The notes beneath the pieces are model-generated. The model was given only the letters and a program-made list of their open reading frames with translations, made no database searches and was not told the DNA's origin. From assembly GCA_028534125.1 (NCBI GenBank), contig CM052816.1, positions 69,876,001 through 69,940,000 on the forward strand: a stretch of DNA of 64,000 nucleotides, written 5' to 3'. Made by a program: the position numbers and the translations under genes. Positions within the stretch are counted from its first letter, which is position 1. Every line of letters begins with the position of its first letter. Of this stretch, positions 27,450 through 38,000 are shown in pieces. The DNA comes from Lama glama. Taxonomy: Eukaryota.

Positions 27450-27590
27450 ATTACCAGACTTCCATTTTTCCAAGAGAAGATGGAAATGTAGATTTTAACC
27501 TTAAATCTCTGGATTTGTGAGTGTTGGCAACAAATTCATGTTAAACTGTTATTTCTACAGATGAAGCACTATAGGGCAGATGGTACCCAG
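27450..27590. mobile_element. MER103C-like hAT fragment
   Basis: caagagaagatggaaatgtagatttt...aaatctc...tgttggcaacaaattc. Confidence 0.6.
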
Positions 27591-28174
27591 GGAACACCAT
27601 AAATCTAATCAACCCCTTTTCCGTTACAGATAAAGGAATTGAGTCTGGTTTTCTCATCCTCAAGTTCCAGGACAGGGTGATTCCATTTGAAGCATCATCA
27701 TAATTTCACACTTTTGTTTTGTTTTGCTTTGTTGGGAGCTGCCGTCTTAGAGAGCTCTAGAGCCACTGCAGGTGGAAATGGCTCTGAGGGGGGCCACGAG
27801 CGATTTCTCTGGAAAGACAAGAGGCTCAGATTCGATCTCCAGACGTGTTAAGTGTTTTCTAAGCCCTGTGAAATCTGCCGGAGGGGCCGACCAAAACCTT
27901 TCAGCTGACATTTCCTTCAACACCAGGCTTGTTTGGGGAGTCTGGGCCAGGTGACGATGATGGCACCAAGAGCTTGTTTTCCCAGTTGGAGTCAAAACAT
28001 TTGCTGAGCAACCCCATAAATGGGCTAGACGAAAGTAAATAGGAAGGAGAGATATGGGAAAGGTGAGGTGACCACCCGGCCCTGGGGGAAAAGAGCGCCA
28101 GAGGGAAGCCCCCTGCAAAGAGAGGGCACAGAGGATGCATGGATGGCTGAGCCAGCCAGGTAGTTATCATGCCC

Positions 28175-28298
28175 CATTCATCCTTTCATTCTTCAACAGG
28201 TATTTATTTGGCTCCTACTATGTTCCAGGCACAGCTCTAGATGCTAAAAATACAACAGTGAACAAGACCAACCACATTCCTGCCCTCACAGACCTCAC
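28175..28298 (-). mobile_element. L2 3' end
   Basis: cattcatcctttcattcttcaacaggtatttatttggctcctactatgttccaggcac...cctgccctcacag. Confidence 0.8.
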
Positions 28299-30649
28299 AC
28301 CACTTTTCACATCACCCATCTTCCACTCCTGCATCTTAATATCATCATCTTTCATCTCCAGCCACAGCCAACAGCCTATTTTTAAATCATTTCATTCCAA
28401 CATATTCACATCTTGTGTCATTTTTACATTAACCATCCTGGATCTGGGAATCCTGACAGACTTTGATCTTTCCAGAAGCTTGGGAAATTCAGAGGCCCCA
28501 ATACCATCTTTGTCATCGTCAGACCACAAATGACTTGTGGGGTGGGGGAATAGAGAGCCTGCTGTGATTGGCATTTGTTTCAGATTGTAGACCCAGGAAA
28601 GTTGGAATATATCAAGGAATTCACTGCCCCATCTCCTTCATCTTAAATGGAATTGTTGTTTGGTGTTTCATTCCAAATCCTCACCCTTTATGATTTTTTA
28701 ATTTAACTCTGAAACTTTCTTGGAGCAGACATGGTCCTCTTTAGTCTTTGAACAGTCTCTTGGTTGGAGGTCTCATTTCATAGCCATGTTAAGACATTTA
28801 TACGTTAGGCAATAACTTCATCCCAACTGCATTAGTACATTAGCCTGTTAGAAAGGACAATGGCAGGTCTCACAAGAACGAGGATAATTGTGGGTTTGCA
28901 TGATAGAATCTTTGTTCAGTTCATTTTCTTTATCAAGAAAGAATATGGAGAAATGGTGATTTGTGACTGACGGGAAACCTCAGTGAATCGCCATTGTTTA
29001 GATCTGCAGAGGTCAATTTCTCTGGACAATGCTATTAATTATCATTGTGTGAGTAAATAGCTGCCTCTATGTGGGCAGCAGTAAATTACTAAAATAAGTC
29101 ACCCATCTGGGGGCATACGTGTGGTTACCTTTTTCCTGGGAATTTGCTTTATTTTTCCCTTTAGTATTTCTGATTTATTCAAATTACTTTTAACCATAGT
29201 GACAGTAACAAAATTCTACCCTCTCTGCTCAATCTAATATACCCACAAGGCCCAAAATGTCCATTAAATAAGGACTCGTGGTGTCGACACATTGCTTCTT
29301 TGGGGTCTTGGAATTCATTCTTTGTACGTCAGCGTCGCCTTACAAGGGAAACTGGTGCAAGCCTTTTCATCGTATGCCTACTCCTGATCCTGTGCTTTCT
29401 CACATACAGCTTCACTCACTCCTCCCTGGAACTCTGCCCACTCCCCTTCAATTCTACCCAGCTTGTTTCTTGCCTTCCTTTAGTGCTTTCTTATATAGCA
29501 ATTATCCCAAAGATACCCGTCCCCTCTCCTCAGAGACCCTCTTACCTCTCTCAGAGCCCAGGGCCTCCACCACCCGTCTTTGCCCACCTCAGCACCCCTG
29601 TTCTCCCCACAGTAACCCCTTCACCTCCTCTGGCCCCAGCACCTCTGTCACCTGCCCCAGAGCCCTCCATCGCCACCTCTGCCTCCAGCCCCATCTAGTT
29701 CTCCTCTGTGCCCCACTTTCTCCACCCTCACTTTCTGCCACAGCCCCTACTTCCTCTTCCTCCGCTACCAGTGCTCTGTTGTAGAGCAGAGATTTGGACC
29801 CAGGTCATAGTTGTAGAACAGGGCAGACACTGCTGGCCTTGTCTGCTGACAAAAACCAAGGACCTAGGGACTGAAACAAGGTACCTGCACCCCCCAGTGC
29901 CTGGTCAGCTAAGGGGACAGATACAAGACTACCTTCTGTCTCCATGGCTCCATGGGTGGCAGGCTGGCCACGTTCACTGACTTGGCAGCCAGGAGCCCAG
30001 ACCGTCTGGGCAGGATTCCCTGACTGGTTAGGTCTACCTCTCACAACAGCGTCCCCAGGCAAAGTCATGAGGCCGACCTTGGATTCCCAGGGGCAGAGAC
30101 TATCTCCTTGGTACCCTGCTTGACATAGCACTGTCACATCAAGAGCCCTTAATGGGGTTTTGCTGAACCTTTTACTAAGGTTTCTGGTGCTCTTCCATTT
30201 CTCCTGTCCACTCAGACAGCCCTTGGGATTGTCAGACATCTGTCTGTCTACACAATATGAAAGCAGATCTGATAAGTCACCAACACTCTTAAGTTTAATA
30301 GGTCACCTTTTCCTTCTAGCAGCGTTTTGTTTTGTTTTGTTTTGTTTCCGAAGAGGAATAAAATTTTTTTTAGGTAAGCAAAACTATCATTTTTTAAATA
30401 ATGAGACAAATAACTGCCAGAGGAACCAGACCGTCGAATTCTGTTATCAGTGCATCTTTCCCTGCAAGAAATATGCGTGGGGTGGCAGACACTTATGATC
30501 ATACTGGAGATGCAACAGGCTTTCCCCAGGCTTTTCTTGTAAATAGAGTTTAGGAAGTTCACGTGTGACCCTGTGCTTTAGGACAGCTGGGCCCACCTTC
30601 AGTATTGATAAGTTCAAGTCAATTACGGAGATTTCATCCCATTTGCCAG

Positions 30650-30944
30650 CAATTGGCTAGAAAAGGGCATGGTAACGAGGAGAGCCAATAAGACACGAAG
30701 GGGGCGGGGTTTTTAAGAAGCGCGAGGCGAGACTTGGGAACGTTCTGATGACGTTGTCCAGGCGCGAGATTCACCAACCCTGGACCTCGCGTTCCTCAGA
30801 CTGCTCCTTGAGAAAATAATACCTTCACTGTTGAAGCCAGTTTCCATCAAGTCTTTTGTTATTTACAGCCAAAAAACTAAACAGGAGAAAGCTAGTTCTG
30901 ATCGGAACGTTGCCAAGTGTGCAAGCACCCAAAGTGAGGTGAGT
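30650..30944 (+). promoter_or_regulatory. Candidate Pol II promoter and first exon
   Basis: ATTGG 30652-56, CCAAT 30685-89, GC box GGGGCGGGG 30701-09, TTTTAAG 30711-17, half-CRE TGACG 30749-53, 12 CpGs in 30661-30800, donor GAG|GTGAGT at 30938/30939. Confidence 0.65.
30725..30890 (+). mobile_element. Ancient MLT1J/K-like LTR fragment overlapping the promoter
   Basis: Minus reading ttggctgtaaataacaaaagac...aactggcttcaacagtgaaggtattatt...gtccagggttggtgaatctcgcgcctggacaacgtcatcag matches the recalled MLT1J/K end sequence; consensus orientation uncertain. Confidence 0.55.
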
Positions 30945-32344
30945 TGATTGAATTCTCTCAGTGGCGTGTAGTCCCGTGTCTGAGCATTCATTTTCCCCCG
31001 GGGACCGAGTCCTCTGGCGAGCTGTCCCTTTCCCTGAACTCTGTGAACACTGCCAAATTTAAACTCCATTTTGGGGGATTTTGGAATCTTTTGAGGTGGA
31101 TTTAAGCCCTAAGAACTGAGGGATTTTCCCCAGGCTTCTAAAGTCACAGCCTGTTAGGGGCTTCCTCCTCTGTCCAGTAGCTGCCGTGGTCGTGGTTCCC
31201 CTAGACCTGTCCTCCCAGCTCTCCACACTTTGGGGTCGGGGGAGAGGAAGGACAGGCAGGTGAGGAGGCACCTGGAGGACTGAGGGAGAAACCCCCTCCC
31301 CAGCCCAGGTGCCCTCTGCCCCGTACTGTCCCCCAGAGACTTGACTTGCATGAGGAAGTTCTTTTTGGGAGGAACTAGTTTTTTCTTTCTTGCTTTCTGA
31401 CAAATTTCCTTTAAATTGGTCTCAGTGTGTTTAAAATTTTTATCACTACTATAATGGAAGCTGGTGATTTCGGACCCTCTGTAGTTCAACCTACTTCTAC
31501 ACGCCTTCCTTCGTATAAACTCTTTTCAGGGTCATTTATTAGTTGCTGATGGGATAAGAGTAAATTGTACTTCCCAGGTGAACCTCTGCTGATGAATGAC
31601 AGCTTACAGAAGACCAAATAGGAAACAGGCTTTAGGGAGCGGGATCTGTAGCCGTTCTGGTGATGGGGTTGGTTTTGAACCTCCAGTTGGGGATGGCGCT
31701 CCTAGACTGGAGAATGAAATCAGCTTATTGTGCGTCAAGCGGATGTGTAAAGGCATCCAAAGAGGCGGAAAGAGTCTCCAGGTCAATAATCACGTGTAAG
31801 GGTCTGTCAGAGGCTGGCTGGTCAGCTGTGGAAGTGGATTTGGTTGGGAGTGACGCCGACACAGAACTCACTGGTTCCTGGGCAGCACTGATAGTTTTTT
31901 TCTGCCCTGTTTCAGGGGGAGGTCAGAGAGAATTCGAGACAAAGAAGTCATTGCTCAGTTCTGAGTCACAAAATAGTTCTCAAGTTTACCGATGAGATAG
32001 CAGTCTAAAAGCCAAAGTGCTTTGGATTTTTGGTTTTCAAGAGGCAGGCTTTGTTGGGACAGAATTTCTGTTGGCATTCCAAAAATCTAGCTTCTTGCAT
32101 CAAGAGCAGAGGTAGAGACCTGATCATGTAGAGTTCATACATTAAACTTAGAGTAGGAAAGAATGCACATGAGTCTGATTTATACAAAAAGAGGCTAAAA
32201 CCCCTCTCAGGGCAGATGAAGGAGTAGGGATGGATGGGAAGAAGAGAGGATGTTGAGATGCTGGTGTTAAGCCCTGGTGTCAGTCACACCCCAGATGAAA
32301 CCCTGACGGTGAAAATAGAAACTGTGACAAATAGTAGATTGTAG

Positions 32345-32470
32345 ATTCACTCACTCGACATACATTGAGTGCCTTTGAAGGGCCTGGCACTGTTCCAGGT
32401 GCTTGAGATACATCACTGAATAAAACAGATGCCTGCCCTCCTGGAGCTTATATTCTAACCCAGGAAGATA
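32345..32470 (-). mobile_element. L2 3' end
   Basis: ttcactcactcgacatacattgagtgcc...ggcactgttccagg...cctgccctcctggagcttatattcta. Confidence 0.75.
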
Positions 32471-33439
32471 GATGTGACCCAGAGACATAATTAATGACTT
32501 AGCGTGATCTGGTGATAAAGAAAAAGTAGAGGAAGATAAGGCTTCCAAGCCAGATTGAAAGTCAAACCCTGGACATTTAACCACTTTTTCATAACAATTT
32601 TCTGTTAAAGTTTTTTATTATGGAAAATCTATAAAGAACCTGATTTCATTAGTGATAATAAACAACTGGGTCCCAACTCTTCCTGAGGCAAGGGAGGCAC
32701 ATTTGGGTAATCTCTTGAGCATAGTGAGAATCACCCATGAAAATACTTAAAGATGGGAAACAGACCCCAGAGGAGGCTACAACTCAGCAGTGCATCCTGG
32801 AGCCTTAATTTCCTCTATGGTCTAAACTCTGCTTTTGGAAAAGGAAAAGATGCCCACAAATTAAATGCAAACTTCTGACAAAGGGGTTCGAAGAATGAGC
32901 AATGGTATGCATCTGATTTACACCCATGCCAGCTCCCTAGGGGGGCTGACCCTCAGCTAGACCAGGGCTCTCTCCAGGGTTTGGTCATTTGTAAATGACT
33001 GATGGCCTTTTCCCATCAGTCACTGCCTAGCCCTGCAGGAGCTTCCCGAAACATTTATTTGTGTTTTCTCGGCCTCTTTTTTAAACCCACAACCAAGAAA
33101 ATATTCAATAAGTAAAATTACCCTTGACTTATAATTTTATCCACATTTCTTACAAAGGTTGTCTCCTCCAGACTTCAATGACTAGTTGAAGCCATCAGGA
33201 AGGGATTACTATTGTTAGGAAATGTGTAAACAATTGATTAGATGAGATTCTCATTAGTCTTGGCATCTGGCAGGCTCCCCATGTGTCCCAGGGCTCATGC
33301 ACGGGAGAGCATGCACACACACAGAATGTGGATAAAGGGGCCGGTGGATAAATAGACAAGTGCCCCACATGGAGTAGGTGATCATTTAAGGTACAATTGC
33401 AGAATTCAGATGTGAAATTTCTTTGGTTCACCATTCAGC

Positions 33440-33928
33440 CTAAAAGGATATCTCACCTGGGAAAGAGAATAAATGTCTGGTGTCTTGGTCTGGGGGAGAC
33501 TAACCCATCCTCCACACACAAACAGGGTTCAGGTCAGACCCATCACTACAGTTTCCTCTCCCTGGTCATAGTGATTGCCTCAGAGAGAGACACATGGCTC
33601 AGTGTGGGCCACTGCAAGTCTTCTCAGGACTTGTGTTGGCACTATCTGGAAAGAGAGATGTTCTTCCACAGGGGCTGCTGAGCTGATAGGATGGGAGCCT
33701 GGAGCTGCTTTGGCAACTTTGCCTCTGTGAATGGAAAGTCAGCCTGAGAATGAAGCCAGGAAAAGAGGGACACAGTGTCCTGAGAGGTCACCTGAGTCCC
33801 TAGCCATAACTGATGCTTGACACCAGATCAACCTCCCAGTGATATGAATCAGTACGTTTCCTTCTTTGCTTCAACGAGGGTGAGCTGGGTTTTTGTCACA
33901 TGCGACCAAATCGGTGCTAGTTCACACA
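33440..33928 (+). mobile_element. MLT1K/J-like LTR
   Basis: gagcctggagctgct...cagcctgagaatgaagcc...gagctgggtttttgtcacatgcgacc. Confidence 0.65.
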
Positions 33929-33949
33929 GGATCATTACATGTCGTTACC

Positions 33950-34200
33950 GTTGGCTGAGCATCTGCCATGTGCCAGGCACGATCTGAGGTACGTTACATA
34001 GGGCCTCATGAACTCCTCCCAAGGGCACGCTTAGTTGGATGATGTTATTCTATGTCAGAACAGGAGAGGAAGGACAGAACAGGAAGACTAAGTAGCCTGT
34101 GCAAAGGCACGTGGTTAGCAAGAGTTCTAGTGGAATCTGAAGGCGGGACATGAAGGCTTATGAGCCCACTCTCTTCCCACCCTATCCTGTCACTAGGCAC
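33950..34200 (-). mobile_element. MIR SINE
   Basis: ctgagcatctgccatgtgccaggcac...aagtagcctgtgcaaaggcac. Confidence 0.6.
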
Positions 34201-34364
34201 CAGCGGGAGCACAGTGGGAAAGAGACCTGGCAAAGAAGACTCTGAAAGTCACTTATTAGTGATTCTCAGATATTCATTTACTTGTTTGTAAATGGGAATT
34301 AAAAATGCTGTATGAAATAGACTATGAACAAGATTGGCAAACTATGTCTATACCAATGATTCTT

Positions 34365-34599
34365 TTTTTAATAGCTTTATGGAGATATAATTCACATATC
34401 ATAGCATTCACCCATTTAAAGTGTACAATTTAATGGTTTTTTAGTATATTCATAGATATATTAATCTACTCTTCAGCCTTCCACCCGCTCCCAGCCCAAA
34501 GCAACCACTAACCTATTTTCTGTCTCTATAGAGTTCTTTTTTATGGACTTGCATATGAATGAAAATATATAATATGTGATTTTTGTAACTGCCTTATTT
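34365..34599 (-). mobile_element. L1MB-type 3' fragment, left part (right part 42812-42893)
   Basis: agctttatggagatataattcacat...; perfect 13-bp TSD ACCAATGATTCTT at 34352-34364 and 42894-42906. Confidence 0.85.
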
Positions 34600-35597
34600 T
34601 TTTAGTGAGGTAGAATTGATACATAATATATTAATTTCAAGTGTACAACATAATGATTCAGTATCTGTACATACTGGAAATGATCACCACAGTAAGTTAC
34701 TTAACATCCATTACCACGCATAGTTATAAAGTTTTTTCGTGTGATAAGAACTTTCAACATCTACTCTTAGCAACCTTCAAATATACGATACAGTATTTTA
34801 AACTATAGTCATTATGCTGTATATTACATCCCCAAAGCTTATTTATTTTATAGTGGAAGTTTGTATCTTTTGACCACCTTCACCTATTTTGACCACCCCT
34901 ACCCCCTGCCTCTGGCAACCACCAATCTCTTCTTTGTATCTATGAGTTCGTTCTTTCAAGATTTCACATATAAATTAAATTAAATTATAGTAGTATTCGT
35001 CTTTCTCTGATTTACTTCACTTAGCATAATGCCCTCAGGGTCTACCCATGTTGTACAAATGGCAAGATTTTCTTCTTTTTTATGGCTACATAATATCCCA
35101 TTTTTTGTGTGTGTTTATGTGTGTGTATATATATATATACACTACATTTTTTTATCCATTCATCTATTGATGGACAGTTAGGTTGTTTCCATATTTTGGA
35201 TATTGTAAATAATGCTGCAGTGAAAATGGGGCCACATATGTCTTTTCAGGTTTGGGCTTTTGTTTTCCTTGGATTAACAACCAGAAGTTGAATCTCCAGA
35301 TTGTATGGTAGTTCTATTTTTAATTCTTTTGATGAAACTCCATACTGTTTTCCACAGTGGCTGCGCCAATACACAGTCCCACCAAGAGTGCACAAGTGTT
35401 CTCTTTTCTTCACAACCTCACTAACACTTGTTATTTCTTTGTCTTTTTGATAATGGCCACTCTAACATGTATCTCACTGTGGTTTTGATTTACATTTCCC
35501 TAATGATTAGTGATGTTGAGCACCTTTCATGTACCTGTTGGCCATCTATATGTCTTCTTTGGGAAAATGTCTATTCAGATTCTCTGCCCATTTTTAA

Positions 35598-35680
35598 AAA
35601 AAAAAATTTGAGGGGGAGGAGGTAATTAGGTTTGTTTGTTTATTTATTTATTTTTAGAGGAGGTACTGGGGAATGAACCC
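35598..35680 (-). mobile_element. 5'-truncated Vic-1-like SINE within L1
   Basis: Matches the 3' half of the 1281 SINE; 16-bp TSD CTCTGCCCA(T/G)TTTTAA at 35582-35597 and 35681-35696. Confidence 0.9.
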
Positions 35681-36892
35681 CTCTGCCCAGTTTTAACTCA
35701 GATTGGTTTTTTTATTGTTGTTTTTGTTTTTGCTATTTAGTTGTATGTGTTCTTTATATATTTTGGATATTACCTCCTTATTGGATATGATTTGCAAGTA
35801 TTTTCTCCCATTTGGTATGTTGCTTTTCCTTTTGTTGATAGTTTCCTTTGCTATGCAGAAGGTTTTTAGTTTGATGTAGTCCCACTTGTTTATTTTTGCT
35901 TTTCTTGACTTTGCTTTTGGTGTCAGATCCCAAAAGTCATTACCAAAACTAATGTCAAGGAGCTTACCACCTATGTTTTCTTCTAGGAGTTTTAAGATTT
36001 CAAGTCTTACATTCAAGTCTTTAATCCATTTTGAGTAAATTTTTGTGTATGGTATAAGATACTGGTCCAGGTTTATTCTTTTGCATTGGCTGTCCAGTTT
36101 TTCCATCACCACTTATTGAAGAGACTGTCCTTTCTCTATATTCTTGGTTCCTTTGTCATAAATTGATCATATGTGCAGGTGTATTTCTGGGCTCTCTATT
36201 CTGTTCCACTGATCTACATGTCTGTTTTTAATTCCAATACCATACTGTTTTGAATAGTACAGCTTTATAACATAGTTTGAAATCAGGGAGCACAATGCCT
36301 CCAGCTTGTTCTTCTTTCTCAAGATTGCTTTGGCTATTTAGGGTCTTTAGTGGTTCCATGCAAAGTTTAGGGTTGTTCTATTTCTGTGAAAAATTGGAAA
36401 GTTGAAATATTGCACTGAATCTGTAGATTGCTTTAGGTAGTATGGACATTTTAACAATGTTAATTGTTCAATCCATAAAAATGGAATATCTTCCAATTGA
36501 TTTGTGTCTTCAATTTCTTCCTTAGAGTTTTTAGAGTACCAGCCTTTCATCTCCTTGGTTCAGTTAGTTCCTAGGTATTTAATTATTTTTGGCACAAAAG
36601 TAAATTAGGTTGTTTTCTTTATTTCTCTTTCTGATAGTTGTTATTAGTGTATAGAAATGTGACAGATTTTTGTAACTTTTGTATACTACATCTTTACTGA
36701 ATTCATTTATTTGACATACTTTTTGGTAGAATCTTTAGGATTTTCTATATATAATAATTTGTCATCTGCAAGCAGTGACATTTTTATTCCTTTCCAATTT
36801 AGATGCTTTTTAATTCTTTTTCCTGCCTAATTGCTTTGGCTAGGACTTCCAATAAAATGTTGACTAAAAGTGGCAAGAGTAGGTATCTTTGT

Positions 36893-38000
36893 CCCAATAA
36901 AAAAATGGGGAGAAGAACTAAATAGACATTTTTCCAACGAAGACACGCAGAAGGCCAATAGGAACATGAAAAGATACTCAATATCACCAATTATCAGAGA
37001 AATGCAACTTAAAACTACAATGAGGTATCAACTCACACTGGTCAGAATGGCCATCATTAAAAATCCACAAATGATACATGCTAGAGAGGACGTGGAGAAA
37101 GGGGGACCCTCCTACACTGTTGGTAGGAATATAATTTGGTGCTACCACTATGGAAAACAGCATGGAGATTCCTTTAAAAACTAAAAATAGAGTTACCTTG
37201 TGATCCAGCAATCCTACTCCTGGGTATATAACTAGAGAAAACTCTTAATTTGAAATGATACATGCACCCCAATGTTCATAGCAGCACTGTTTATAATAGC
37301 CAAGACATGGACACAGCCTAAATGTCCATTGATAGATGAATGGATAAAGTGGTATATACACACACACAGACAACACACACAACACACATACATACACATA
37401 CATGCATACACACACACCACATATATATGTATATATATACATACACACAGACACACAGACACACACACACACACACACAGCTCAGCAGCAAACAGGGTCT
37501 GAACCATAAACTCAAAAAATGGACATAACCACATAATGGAATACTACTCAGCCACAAAAAATGAAATAATGTCATTTGCAGAAACATGGATTGGGCCTAG
37601 AGGTTATCACTTACGTGATTCTAAAAAATGATACACATGAACTTATTTACAAAACAGAAACAGACTCACAGACACAAAAAACAAACTTATGGTTACCAAA
37701 GGGGAAGGGATGGGGATGGATAAATTAGGAGTTTGAGACTGGCAGATACGAACTACTATATATAAAATAGATAAACAGCAAGGTCCTACTGTATAGCACA
37801 AGGAACTGTATTCAATATCTTGTAATAACCTATAATGAAAAAATATGAAAAAGAATATACATATACACATATATATGTATATGTGTATACATATTTATGT
37901 ACATAGTGTATATGTATATATAGCTGAATCACTATACTGTACACCAGAAACTGGCACAACATTATAAATCAACTATACGTCAATAAAAAATAAATAAAAA
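36893..38000 (+). mobile_element. Younger cetartiodactyl/camelid L1 3' fragment nested in the full-length L1
   Basis: [14 protein letters not shown]...MFIAALFIIAKTW motifs; 3' UTR like 3061-3500; tail caataaaaaataaataaaaa. Confidence 0.93.

Noticed and set aside
37232..37587. Cys/Val- and His/Thr-rich ORFs
   Set aside because: Translations of CA/TG low-complexity sequence in an L1 3' UTR
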